NCBI RefSeq assembly: GCF_030144855.1
Contig: NC_082731.1
Span: forward strand, 20,894,001-20,958,000
Source: Hypanus sabinus
Lineage: Eukaryota
DNA length: 64,000 nucleotides
Reading direction: 5' to 3'
Part shown: one piece after another, positions 1-12,699 of the stretch
How positions within the stretch are numbered: position 1 is the stretch's first letter
Layout of the letters: every line of letters begins with the position of its first letter
The notes under the pieces: generated by a model
What the model was told of the DNA's origin: nothing
The model's input: the letters and a program-made list of their open reading frames with translations, nothing else
Databases searched by the model: none
Program-made: the position numbers and the translations under genes

Positions 1-124
1 GGATCTAATCTTTAGTAAAAGCCAATGCATTTGTTGAAAGACAAATATCAGTCCAGTAAGACATGGTTGGGACATGGAGAGGGTAAAGCCGACTGCTGCT
101 CTTCATCATCGTAGTTTTCGATAT

Positions 125-990
125 TGCAGCTGTCCAGCAACAATTAATATATAATTGAGTCAAGCTTATTATCAAACATAAATATTTACTAAACTCTGCT
201 CAACAATAGTGAAAAGTATTGAAATGATTAATTTAAGCGGCAGTTAACTGCCATAAGGCAACTCAGGACGAGCTCTTAAAGTGGTAAATTCGAAAACAGT
301 CTTAAAGTGGCAAATGCGAACACAGTTATAAAAGGGTAAATTCGCAAGTCAAGGTGATTTTACAGTCAATTTGGAAAGACTTTCCTGAAATAATTTTCTC
401 GACGACGTGACGTTGCTCCTGATCTCAGCTGATGTATAGCTTGTCCGAAGGATTCTCGATCAAGTAAATATACGGCTTAAGGGAACTGACCTTTTTAATC
501 TGGAGAGTAGACACTGCACCAAACCCTCTTGCTCTTGCTGATGTTATCTCAGATGCAGGCCACTATTCTTGTACGAAGACTCAATAATGTCGTCCTTTAT
601 AAAACCACAGAACGACACCACCTTTCCCCACTTCTTCCTTCACTCTCCAGTCCTGGACTGTGAAGATAAATCACAGATACCCTAAAAAAGCACTGGCAAA
701 GATTGGCGAAACTGTCGGCACAACGATTTTACCTTACAATAGAAAGTAAAACTCCACCTTAAAACGAAATTGCTTAATGAGATGAATACGCAGCAAAACT
801 AAAAACTAACGAATTAACGGACGAACCAACCAACACAAAACTCCTGCGTCACAGCAATGCTTTTATACCCGTTGGTACAAGCCATCACATGACATCACAC
901 TGGCGTGAAAATTACATCATGTTACCTTACACTGGCGGGAAAATTTACATCACCCCACCATCGCGGCAATTACATCATGCATCACTTGAG
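125..990 (-). mobile_element. Degenerate LTR, same family as 23606-24461, inverted
   Basis: The reverse complement aligns with 20760-21590 and 23680-24450 (e.g. 840-965 vs 20765-20890); ends eroded. Confidence 0.8.
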
Positions 991-1689
991 CTGGCTGAAG
1001 CTCTAAGTGTTCATGTGTATGATGTCCTTGCTGATTAAGTTAACCACTAGAAACATGGGAACAGAAGAGTTGTGAAGCAGCTTTACATTAGTAGAGTTAA
1101 TAACAGTCTTGAAATGTATGGCATGACATTTTTCAGTAACTGGAGAAGAATATGTTTATTTGTGTCCATAATTAAAGTATCAATCTGTCTACTCACGTTC
1201 TTCCTGCTTTCTGATTTACGTGAAGCATATTGCATTCTTGCACGAAAAAATGTTTTGCAACTGAGTGGCGAGAAATTTTCGAAATATAGATAAATCGTTA
1301 TTAATGCCATCAGATCCTTGGGTACCAAGGCAGAACAGGAAGTTTTGCTTCTCAAAACTAAGACTGTACTCACTGTGGATGTAAAGGAGGCCAAATACTA
1401 ATAAGTGCTTTTGAGAATTGAAATCGTATTGGTATTTGTAATCACCTGGATATCTGCTTCATGGCTGTTCACTAAAAGGTGAAACATGCGAACATCAAAG
1501 AAATGTACATTTCCGCATTCAATACTGTTATCTGCTCAAAACTAGTCAATTCGTTTCAAGGCCTCATTTCTTCCTTGTAAAACTGGGTGCTCGATTTCCA
1601 CAATCTCCATCAGTACAGTTGCACCACAGCTCTGTGTGCTATTCTGCTATTCCTCCTACGCTACTCACTTTACACTACTGACAATGTGG

Positions 1690-2303
1690 TTAACATCAGT
1701 TGAACCGCCTTTTTACATTTCCTATCGATATTGTTTGCCGAATCAAGTGTGATAACGATTCAGTAGAGAGGAAGGAGATTGAAATCTATCACAACAATAC
1801 TATCTTATTTAATGTGAATAAGACCAAGGAGCTGAATGTTGATTTCAGTGGAGGAAACTGGAGGTACATGTACAATACTTTATCAGACGAATCAGTGATA
1901 GGGAGGGTCAGCGACATTAACTTTAACACCTCTCGGAAGCAACGTTTCTACTTCCTGAAGTTTACTCAGGTACAATCTGACATGGACACACTCCTACATA
2001 AATTATATTGATTGGCTTCATCACTCTTATATGGAAACGACAAATGACTTTGAACGGAACATTCTACAAACAGTACTTCATACAGCGAAGTCCATCACCT
2101 ATAAAAAATACCGCTTCATTAACTACACAGATCGTTGTCGCAGCGGAAAAAAAAAAAGAAAAAAACATTCATGATCAGCCACCTCCACCACCAGAGTCAT
2201 GCACACCATGCGGATTACCATCAAGGAGAAAATAAGTGAGGCTCAAGACTGACGTCCGCAGGTTCAGGAAATAACTCAACTCTCAAATATCAGGCTGTTG
2301 AAC
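1690..2303 (+). mobile_element. Rex1/Babar-type LINE RT 3' fragment
   Basis: NKTKELNVDF, KQRFYFLK, GFIT.W and LPSRR..RF match the Rex1 RT/thumb consensus; disrupted. Confidence 0.8.
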
Positions 2304-3596
2304 CTGAGGGGGAAAACTTGTATCTGCAAGGTTGTGTGCCATATTTCAATGACTCTATTACAGTAACTGAATTTCCTGAGTATGCTCATAACTAAATGAT
2401 CTCAGTGGTAAATTTACTTTAAACTTTGATTTGGGGAACAGAGCGAAGATGCCCGAAGAATCTCTGCAGTCTAGCCGAGTTGTTTTTTTTTCTGTAATTA
2501 TAGGCAGCGCCGACAGCTTCAGGCAAAGTTTGTGCCCGCGAAGGTTAGGCAGGTAAACTATTGCAACATCTGGAAAGACTGTTTGGGCCCTGATTATTGT
2601 AGAGCGACAAGGTGAATGCGGAACATTAGCGCATATACCATTTGCAAGAGAAATTAACAGCATCGAGTTCCGTATGCAGTTGCGCATGAGGTAATCACAC
2701 AAAATGTGATCCCTCTTGAAAGTGAAAAGAAATTGGTTAAGGTGTAGAGAAAGTTTGGCTTCGATCTGTCTCGTGAACAACAGCGGACATTCCGTGGAGT
2801 CATGTTCTGGCTGAATTACCTATGTACATAGGGAACTTTATTCCTCACAAAGCGATGGGACGATGGGCAAAGTTGCCAATGCGCGTGAGTACACCATTGG
2901 TTTTAAAGAAATGGAACCCCTGTATTTTAAATAATGATAACATTTCAAACGTTCTTTCGTTTTTATTGAAAGCATCATGCTGCGATTGGGATACCCAGGA
3001 GACAGGATAACAACGACAAAGGGCGACCATTTTTACCAGTGGAATTGTGGGAAGAGGAATAGTGCACATAGTTGTGAGAGTCTGTATGTTAATGAAATAT
3101 ATCAGAAGTGTGTGTACAAGCTGTTGACTGAAATCCCCAGTGATAATATGGTTGATGTGTGAGATAACCATACGTTTGTTCCTTTATGATATTGATGAGA
3201 TGTTTTGTTTCATCAGAATATGAGCACATCTTTCACCATTAAGCTGTCTATTCATCCGCCAGCCCCTACAAATTATCAATCCATTCGGATTGCCCACAGA
3301 AGCAATTCTTGACTTAAGTCGAAATGTTCCATTTAAACAGCACCAGAGTCGAGTAATCCGATTTTGGTAGGATATATGTAAAATATAGAAGAGAATACTA
3401 TCGGTTTCGTGCTGGATACTGGATATCTTAAAACCATTCAATTATGCCTTCTGATGTTATTTAGCATGTGTTTCTACGTTGCTTGCCCAGCAACGTATTT
3501 TGATGTTTATTTTGATGTGCTCGCCCTCTTTCGAGCTCATGTGAAATTTTTGACAGTCTTTTTTTTTTGTTCAGTGCAAAAGATACTTTGATACAT

Positions 3597-4097
3597 TTTG
3601 TTTCGCAGTGGTAAATGGCGGAGTAGCGTATGAACAGAATCATTATGTATATAATTTGCAAATGTCATACCATCGGTCTATTCCATCCATTTGTTGATTT
3701 GCTTTCTCTGCTGGAAACCGTAACGATTACTTTCATTGTTGTCTGTTCACGAACATATCTGTGCGAGCACCACCTGGTTGCAAAGTTAAATTCAAAACGG
3801 TCTTACTTTTTACATGGAAGGTTGTTTAAACGAGCAACTGTTTCACGGTGTCTTGATAATCTCAGTGTAACTGTAAAATAGATAATAAATCACAATCAAC
3901 AATTCCAACAAACTGCAAACATAAATAAATATGCGTCGTTGAAGGATATCTAGAGTAGATTCGAAAGTTACAGTACTGTTCTGGAGTACCTTTCGGTATT
4001 AAAGTGGTATTCTAGATTAATGTCGGTTACTACAATGAAGTAACAACTTATCGAGGAGGAACCTAATAATGAGGAGCGGCAGGTATCCGACTTTTAC
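3597..4097 (-). pseudogene. psiV-A1, decayed TCR V gene paralogous to V1-V5
   Basis: 46-nt leader relic 4052-4097 (VKVGYLPLLIIRFLL; ATG>GTA, donor GT>AT), AG acceptor 3871-3872, exon with QDTVKQ, TVLNLTLQ and YSAIYHC; stops and frameshifts; no heptamer. Upstream DNA is homologous to the V upstream region. Confidence 0.8.
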
Positions 4098-5299
4098 AAT
4101 AACGTTCCCCGACTCTGTAATTCTGTAATAGTGCATTTTAAAAGGGTTTTCCAATTGAAAATGCAAAAAAAATCTGTCGAATTCAACAATCCCCTGGAGC
4201 ATACTAACAGTATCAAATCTGTGGCAAAAGGCTTTCAAACGTGGTGCCCGATTCGACAGGTCAGTTCTCAACCGAAAAAAGATAGGCAAAAATGGAGTAA
4301 AGTCTTTGTGTGTCAGCACTAACTGCACAGCGCCACTCAGCGGTGAGAGATCTTAATGTAGCTGGAGGGCTTCATGGAGAAGATTGTCTTCAAGCTACAC
4401 TTGCAAGTCGAGGCAGATTACGCCAGAAGCAGGAAAGTCAATGTAGCGAAGTAAGTGTGCCAAAATGTAGATAGCAAAAGGCAGTAAACATCATAATCGA
4501 TTTCAGGCAGAAAATAGGGAGATCAGAGTTGAAATAAAAAAGCTGAAACTTCAGGCGTGCAGCATTTCTTCGTCTCTCTGTGGTGTCTGCGAATTCAGCC
4601 TTTCTCCGAAAAATTTCAGGAATTATCGAAAAGATAGTAGTGTTGAATATTTATGTAGGTATCTTTGAGAACTGAAGGAAACCCAGAGGTTCTTTTGTAC
4701 AGTTGCTTCCAGTGGCACTGAGTATTTGCAAATACTCCTTACTGGGCAATCGATTGGAGGGACGTTTGCAGTTCGTCCTGTTATTGTGCACACCTCTGAA
4801 AATGGTAAAATGTATATTGTCTATCCTCCTCTCAGATATTTGCTAGATCGCACTTGCTCAAGATGATGTGCATTGCTGAGTCTCAACGAGCTGGAGCTCT
4901 GCTGTTATACAGCATGCAGTGTTTCTGCGCGTAATGCATCACACAAAGTATGATGTAAAGGCGGAAGTACAACAGCTTCCACAGATATTTATTTTCGGCT
5001 GACTTGAATCCACCGCTACAGTTGCTGACAAAAAAATTAAAAAAAAGAAACCCTGGCATCAAAGCATTCCAGATTGTTCTGCTGATGCACAGTTATATCT
5101 GTACAGAAACAACAAAAATAGTTAATTCTAGTGATGCATTCCTTAACTGCATCATTGTGAAATGTCTCTAAAGTTGAACATCAGTAACTATTTCCTCATT
5201 GTTTTATGATTACCGCTGCACTCTATCGCTAATGGATTTATTACAGAAAAGCCTGGGGAATAATTACAATCAGTTCTGTCAACCCTTTATTGTGTATTA

Positions 5300-6160
5300 G
5301 GAGCCAATCATTTTACATTTTAATTTTGGATTCACAATATCAGTTTTGGGATGCCTTTCATCTCAGCCATCAACATTATTCAGCTTTAATCACAAGTTCC
5401 AATCCTGGTTCTCAGATCCTCTTCCTGCAACTGGATTGGATCTCCTTAACGGGACACCTCCTGGTACACCAACTGAAAAGAACATCTCATCGTCGCTGAC
5501 GACCAACAGTTCTGCAATTCTACAATACCTTCTCGACCCCTACAGCAAGCACGATTTTAAGGCTTCGAAAAACTATAATCTGTTCATTACATTTGACGGC
5601 AATATAGATATTGTTTGCATAATTTCGGATAGAGACAAAAAGGCGTCCGGCATCTGTAGAGATCAGCTGCTTGAGTCCTGCCTTAGTAATATCAAAGTTA
5701 ATTTTGCACTTCAGGAATGGAAGGCGATGGAAAACATACCAATCTCTATCGAAGGATAGGAAGTGGAAAGGGTAAGCAGTTTGGAAGGCGTGGCTCTCGA
5801 TATCTCGGTGGATGTATACTTGGTACAATTACGAAGAAGGCATTACAGTGGGTAAATTTCACTGGAGGCCTGAGTATTTGTCCTCCATCAGATACTCACA
5901 GTAATTTCTAGAGACATATGGGGAACATTATAACTGGTTGCGTTTGTATCTGCTATGGTAGGGAACTGCACTGGAACAAAAGAAAAATAAATAACGGCAG
6001 AATATTTTAAACTCAGCCAGCTTCATCATTGACACAACACTCAAAAGAATCCAGGATACCTGACAAAGGCGATACTGCGAAGAAAGGACACTTTGAGGAC
6101 TCCTCCCCAGTTACCATCACGGAGGTATGCAGCCACACTTATCCTCTCAGGAATCTGCCG
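5300..6160 (+). mobile_element. Rex1/Babar LINE RT fragment, copy 1
   Basis: CNWI, ISSSLTTN, LL.PYS.HD and I..FD resemble ISSSLTLN..LYTHDC..KFADD; ends approximate. Confidence 0.8.
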
Positions 6161-7263
6161 TCAAATTTCCGAGTAGACAATCAGACCAAAACACTTCCTT
6201 AATATGTCTTAACACAAATTTGCACTATTAATTTAATTATTTATTAAATATAAACCTTTTGTGCTAATGCATCATAATTGTCATGCATTGTAATGCATTG
6301 CTGACAACAATTTGCACGTCAGAATCGCAGAGAGGCATGTCAAACATGTGCGTAATTTCATAATTCATTTGTTTTAATGTTTGAAATTTCACCTCAATTG
6401 TCTGTTGTTCTCAGATTAATTTTGATGCAGTCTCGTTTAAACAAATTGCATCGGGATTAGACTTATTTACACTGTGGGCCCACAAACCACATCGTGGAAC
6501 ACTTTTTTATATTGGGGCATTCCTCCACAACGTATGTCACTTTCAAACAATCTCCACAAATTGTCAGCACTAAAATCGTCATCTGTGTCTCCTCAAACAA
6601 AAAAAAAAATCTGCATCATATTGTATTTGCCGTTTTTATTGTTGATGTTGTTTAACGTTCAGGGAGATTGAAAACACATGAATTGCACTCATTCTTGTTC
6701 ATCCAGTGGGAATGGATGAGTGAACCTCCCTTTAGTTTTTATTTATAAAATTTGCCTTATCTGTTATTCCAAAATATGAGCTGCGTGCACATAGCAACGA
6801 GTTATTAATGGATTTACAACGATCAGCTCATAGATACCCAAAAACAATCTGCGAGTATATAAACATGCGCTGAAGACGATCAGCCATTTCTGATCACGAC
6901 TTAGTGGGATCACGATGATCTACCTTCTTTTGAACTGACAGTGAAAAACTAACCATGAACCAACAATTGAAATTATTGGGAGCAAATGATTCTGCTGGTT
7001 TTCCGGCTCAGACTGCACTATATGTTAAATGCAGTTAATATATTAGTGGCGTCTCACCGATAGTAACGTACTATATATTAGTGTTACAAGGGAAGTCTGG
7101 AACTTCTTGGAAATTATAATTTTTGTCGAATGCATATTGGTGGACGAAGGGCTACTTTATGGGTTGCTTTTTGATTTCAATTTAGCGGTGAGAGTAATGC
7201 ACTGTTGGAAAAGAAATGCAAAAAAAAAAAAATACATTCCCTCTTTCACCTTCCCAGGCTCTA

Positions 7264-7708
7264 CCACGTGTAACAGTTGCATGTAGGCACAGCGGATATA
7301 AGATCAATAACATTGCTCAGACGACGTGAAACATAAGTGAGGTATGAGCGCAACGGCTACAACGTTCAATCCTGCACCGTTTAATGACCTTATATTCGGG
7401 CGGGAAGTAAAAAATATCCTCAGTAGTGACTGGATTGGAGGAAGAGGACTCTATCGAATGGAAGACTGTGACAAACATCTGCATATTAACTGAGCCATGC
7501 AGAGTGGACCTAACTGATAAGAATTTAAGAGAGGTTTTAACATCCTGTCCAGATAATGAACTGTATATATTTTGCACGATGAGAAAAGGCAAGGTCTTTA
7601 AAACTTATTTTTAGGATTGGAATAATAAGTTTTATATTTTCTTGTGGTTGTTTTACCCGTGACCAAAAGCAGAAAATACTGGTTTACAGTACAACGTACT
7701 TGAATCAA
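7264..7708 (-). pseudogene. psiV-C1, decayed TRAV-like gene
   Basis: 52-nt leader (TTG..YFLLLVT-G|gtaaaa), AG acceptor 7561-7562, ~297-nt exon GQDVK..FLSV ending LSN..ISAVPTCNC, which aligns to LSIRNAIISDSATYLC. Confidence 0.7.
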
Positions 7709-8187
7709 GATAAAAGCTGCTTTCTATATTTTTAACGAAATTCAACAAAATGGAATGTGCAGACATAGGACAATTTGCCAGTTGAAGAGGTATTGTCCTA
7801 TTCATCGAAAGGAGTCGTGCAGTGTCTTCTGATCATATTTCAAAATTGTCAATTGAACGACAGAATACATATGGGAAAATTTTAGGACAAATGAGATGAC
7901 GAGTGATTAAATCTGATCATACACTTTACGTTCAACTGCATGATTAATAACAATTATCATGCATTTCCAATAAGTAGATTTTGGTGTATAATCTATGTGA
8001 GTTCATTCAAAAGCCTTGATAGGTTAGAAAGTGCATATTACTTTATTTAGAGTCTCTTACTCTGAGTGTTCCAAAACAAAAAAAATACAAGTACAATGCC
8101 TCAGACAATCAAGACGCATGGTGTCAACCCTGCTCAGAATTATGAGACCTAACTTTTGAGGACAAACGCCATTCATATTGCCAATTG

Positions 8188-8657
8188 TACAGTGCTTTGG
8201 CTTGTAATAGTAGTCAATCGAAAGATATTGCGACCATTATCTTATTTGTATGTGCACGAATGAAAACTGTCGGTAAACTCAATGGATCGGTACTCAGATC
8301 ACCGTTAGTTGCAATTACACAGCGTTTATTGATATCGGAAGCAATCTGACGCTGGCATGTAAATAGGTAAGCCTCTCGCGAAAATAAACTAGATTCAACA
8401 CAATAAACCAGCAAAGTGCGATTGATTCCTTGACTGAAATCAAAAGCCGCATGATTATTTCTGAGTGATTTCACTAAACGATAGTTTTTTTAACAATCTG
8501 AAGCATAATGTTGATAGGGAAATGTGCGATTCTTTGGGCAAAGATTTGTCCCTTTCGATATTAAATGTCTCATTAAAAGTATTCACGTATCCGTACTGAT
8601 CATTATGTCAGCTTCCGATGTTAAATGGTGAATATTCAGAGAAATTAAGCAACACCT
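8188..8657 (-). pseudogene. psiV-D1, candidate decayed V of another family
   Basis: 46-nt leader-like exon 8612-8657, ~135-nt intron, AG acceptor, ~285-nt exon SQGINRTLL..AYLF..QRQ..DYYY, then CACTGTA. Core Trp absent. Confidence 0.45.
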
Positions 8658-8740
8658 AGGAATCACTGAAAATGAAGTGGCTTCGATTATTGTTACAGCC
8701 ATCGAAGTGCAAACAACATCCATTGCAAATACCAAGTGGA

Positions 8741-8765
8741 TACGTCACTGGTGATTGATGTCACT
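8741..8765 (-). promoter_or_regulatory. CRE-like TCR V-promoter decamer(s) upstream of relic psiV-D
   Basis: AGTGACATCA (8756-8765) matches the TCR V-beta decamer AGTGAYRTCA; adjacent AGTGACGTA. Only partly kept in the other units. Confidence 0.35.
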
Positions 8766-8873
8766 GCGACGTGATATGAAATCATTGGACGAAACCTTGA
8801 GACTTAATTTCGCACTTGCAGTAACCTTGATTTGTTCGCCCCCTATCGAGCTCTCGAAGACACTGTGAAAGTG

Positions 8874-8912
8874 GGTTTTTGTGCAAGATAGTTAATCTTT
8901 TTCAACACTGTG
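8874..8912 (-). other. RSS of V1: CACAGTG-23-ACAAAAACC
   Basis: Heptamer 8906-8912, spacer 8883-8905 (23 nt), nonamer 8874-8882, both consensus. Confidence 0.97.
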
Positions 8913-9384
8913 CTCATCGCGCAGAGGTACGTGGCTGAGTCAGAGATTATAGCGTTCCTAATCGAGAGTTCGGAATATCTTTTACTTTTATCATAGGAAG
9001 CAGATAATCGATCGGTTACATCTTCATTTCGGTTTACTATTCCTCCGCTGATCCGAATCAAATACTGCGGTCGTTGTCCGGGACGCTGCCTGTACCAAAA
9101 AACATACGGGGATGAAACACTTGTTTGTAAAGTGCAGTTTAGGGTAATATTCCTTTCTTCTTCGATCACCATTGCGTCTAATGACTGTTCCACGGAGTCT
9201 TGAAGGCTCCAGTCTGACAGGAAGATTAAAAAAAATATCAGAAGCTCCACTTCGAACAAATTGGTTACGCAAATAGAAAATAAAACGTCTCCATACAATT
9301 AGGCATGCCTGGAATATTACAGTGAAGGAACATCTTACCCAGAAGAAACAGAACAATGAGGAGCGGCGTGAGACTGGTCTTCAT
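8913..9384 (-). CDS. TCR alpha/delta V segment V1, intact germline: join(9339-9384 leader, 8913-9213 V exon)
   Basis: Leader MKTSLTPLLIVLFLL-G, GT..AG intron 9214-9338, V exon DWSLQDSVEQ..ITLNC..YVFWYRQRPGQRPQYL..DRLS..SDSATYLCAM, open frame, followed directly by RSS. Confidence 0.95.
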
Positions 9385-9443
9385 AATCACTCTGTTTGAC
9401 TCTGTTCTTCCGCGATCACAGAGTGGAAATTCATTGCCAGAGG

Positions 9444-9477
9444 ATAAATACACATACCCTTGGACAAACCGACCAAT
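9444..9477 (-). promoter_or_regulatory. Putative V1 core promoter (inverted CCAAT box ~90 nt and TATA-like ~60 nt upstream of ATG)
   Basis: ATTGG at 9473-9477 and TATTTAT at 9444-9450 on the sense strand; equivalents at V3, V4 and V5. Function inferred. Confidence 0.4.
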
Positions 9478-11649
9478 CACATCAGGCAACGCACGGTGCT
9501 GAATCACCAAAGACAAAATAGGTCAAGGCGTTCAGATGTCGTGCAGGATATGAAAGTTTGCGAATCTGAACGTCGAAGTGTACAACAAAGGATTCGAACA
9601 CTTTGCGTGCTGAAATAAACACCGCAGCGCCACGCATAGGCGAAGGAATGCGGGCCAGCCGGCAATTTTCGTGGAGAACACTGTCAATAAATTCTGCTTG
9701 CTCATCGAGGCAGAGTAAGATGGATTGTAGCGAACTGTGTGTACAGCAAAAGATACAGTAAGTCTTTACTTATCCCTGATGTTGATTTCTAGCAGAACTT
9801 TGAGACGGCAGAATTTATACCCAAAGCAGAAATGAGCACGCTGCGCAGTGCACGATACTTCGAAATGTTTACATGCAAACGAAGAACGAAGCTTTTCTCT
9901 GAATAACTTACCAATTAATTAGGTGTATGGAAGTAGTGATTATTTGTTTATGTTATTGTGAACTGAAGGAAGCACTGAGTTCATGTTCTATCACCAGGAG
10001 CAAAGAAATATATATTTCACAAGATGGCAGCAAAGATTAGGTAATTCCCTCACTTAGGCTATTTATTCTTTGATTTTCGCAGAATGTACCTCGCTAGCTC
10101 GGTGTTTCAAAAATTTCCGCTTTTTTTATAATTGCCCGGTGAAATGAAAATAATTAATTTACCTCAATAACTGCAGTCAAACAAAAATCTCGCTTTTAAT
10201 GCATCGCTTTTCTTTAGTAAACTTGGACTTAAAACTCTCGATGATCAAGCTGATCGATTTAATGGATCAATGGATGTAAATACATAGTGATATTAGAATA
10301 TGAAACAGTGCCTGCTTTCCAGAATGTTGAGATTAATCGGCAAATTCCCCGCCTAATATAAACAAGTTTGTCAAGTACCTATTTGCTGCGTTACAGCCTT
10401 GGACATAAACAAATGAAACCACATCAACTTTGTATTTTTTTACGATGTGTCAGCAGGATATAAGCTGATCGATATAACGGAAAGATGCATATACGTAAAT
10501 AGTATCGTCAGGATCTGGAACAATGCCTCCTCTCCAGAATGTTGAGGCTATTCAGCAAATTTGCCGCCGAATTTGAATGAATTTCTCACGGACCTACTGT
10601 CTGAATTAGAGACTCAGAAATAATAAAAAAATAAATCCACATCAACGTTGTTTTTTTTTGCGATTATTCAGCAGGATATGATATAGTACCATCTGAGTGG
10701 ACGTTTTCCGCATGTTTTGATTAATGACTCCCAAGTCGCAGAGATGAAGAAGCAATTTGGGACACTGGAATGCGAGGTCTTGTCCTTGGACTACTGGGTG
10801 CGTCGCTCATTATAGGCAAGAAATAAGAGATTTTTAATTATCATAAAACCTCGTGGTATCGGAAGAAAACGAATTACCCATTAAGTGAAGCGTTGTGGAA
10901 AAATGTAAATCAAGTATAGTGAACCCAAATGCTCGATTGCATTACTATCAGGTAACACCTAAACGGATGGTGTTTTCAAATTGTGACGTTCTCGAAATCA
11001 AGGACTTGGAAAGTGCATTCTACCTCGCCGTGTTTTACAATAACTCATAGATCATCATACTCTGATTCAGAAAGTATTTACTTTAAATTAAAAGAAGTTT
11101 TCGAACTAAGGCCGATCTCCTACAGTGCATATGATTTGAGAAATTAACAGTCTTCGAAGTGAACGTGGTCAATCTGTCTTTGTAAAGTGACAAAAGGTAT
11201 GTTGTGCGGGAGGTTCTTTATGTTGAATTCTAATAATTCTCTGTGTTTGACTCTTTTCACATCTTCAAATAGGATCACGTCCAAGGGCACTGCATGGCTT
11301 TGTTCAATACAACACTTTCAAAGTCATATACCTCGTCCTGAATTTCTCAAATGAAAGAAACGTGAAAAAAACATCCACCTGAGCAGACAACATCTGTGCA
11401 ATACCAAGAAGACTTCATGCTGTTCGTCATACACCTGACATTCCATTCCAATAAATTGTTTGTTTGCATAGCTAATAATAGATGAGCTATTAAAAACGCT
11501 CTTTAATTTTACCAACATATTAAGCATGTTTTCCTGTTTTTCTAACTTCTTGGTATAGAATGCTTCGTCAAAGCAGAATATGAAACAGTCACCAGGCACA
11601 TAGGAACTTACTGTATATGTGATTATATGGAGGATGTTCTGTAGAAAAT

Positions 11650-12590
11650 CAGGTCCTTCGGTCCAGCTACTCTTTGCTGAACCATTTAAACTGCCTTCTC
11701 CCATCAAAGTTAACCGGGGCCATAGCCGCCATACCCCTCGCATCCACATATATATCCGTACTTCTCTTAAACGTTGGAATTCAGCTCGCATTCAACATTT
11801 GTGCTGTTAGCTCATTCCACACTCTCACCACCCTCTATAGAGGTTTGCCTTCAAATTCCACTTAAATATTTCATCTTGCACCCTTAACCTGTGATCTCCA
11901 ATTGTAGCCCCACTCAAACTCGCTGGAAAAAGCCTACTGTCCTTTACCCTGTCTATCCCCTTCATAATTTTGTATATCAAATCTCCAATCAATCTTCTAC
12001 GTTTCAAAGAATACAGTCCTGACCTATGCAGTCTTACCTTATAACTCAGGTCATCCAGACCCAGCAACATCCTTGCAAATTTTCTCTGCATCTTTCAAAC
12101 TTATTTATATCTTACCTGTAGGTAGGTGATCAAACTCCAAATTAGGCTACAACTATCTCTTACACAACTTCAACATCCCATCTCCTCCCCTCAATAATTT
12201 GATTTATGAACGCCAAAGTAAAAAAAAAAACTCACTTTTAGACCCAATCGTCAGTGCCTATAAAAAAAAAAAAATACTCCCCTTGGTAGTTTTAATTTTT
12301 TATTGTTTTACAACATTGAAACACAGTGGAATTAATCTGTATTTTTGACAATGATCAACAGAAGAAGGCTCTTCTGCATGCACATGAATCCATTCTCTGC
12401 ACATCCATGCGTCTGTCTACAAGCCTCTTTAACAACCACTGTCGTATCTGCAGCCACCATCATCCTTGACAGCCTATTCCTAACACCCACCACTTTCCGT
12501 GTTAAAAAAAACTTCAATCTTGAATCTCTTTCAAACTTTTAACTTCTTAGCTTGAAGCTAAGTCATCTAGTGTTGATAGTTTTGTTCCAT
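11650..12590 (-). mobile_element. Two adjacent CR1-type LINE 3' fragments
   Basis: QRKFARMLLGLDDLSY..GLYSLKRRRLIGDL..KIMKGIDRV (CR1 ORF2 C-terminus) plus a second 3' piece at 12330-12590. Confidence 0.88.
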
Positions 12591-12699
12591 AAGATGGTAC
12601 ATAAGGGACTATTTCTTCATTGTTTGATGATTGTTGCCGCATTCTATCGCTAATGGATATATTTTAGAAACGTCTGGGGAATAATTGCAATCAATTGTG

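Noticed and set aside
1340-1377. CACAGTG with a GCAAAACT-like motif (minus)
   Set aside because: The spacer is 21-22 nt with a poor nonamer, and there is no convincing V exon upstream.
6470-6490. CACTGTG followed by CACAAACC on +
   Set aside because: The spacer is only ~4 nt and the site is not conserved in the other units.
8843-9298. Track ORF of 151 aa (and 33158-33616, 56071-56535) as single-exon genes
   Set aside because: The N-terminal extensions are intron read-through and the C-terminal tails are RSS; the real structure is leader plus V exon.
10480-10830. V-like traces in the post-V block (VVQGQD..C, DTIY)
   Set aside because: The motifs are too weak and inconsistent between the paralogous copies.
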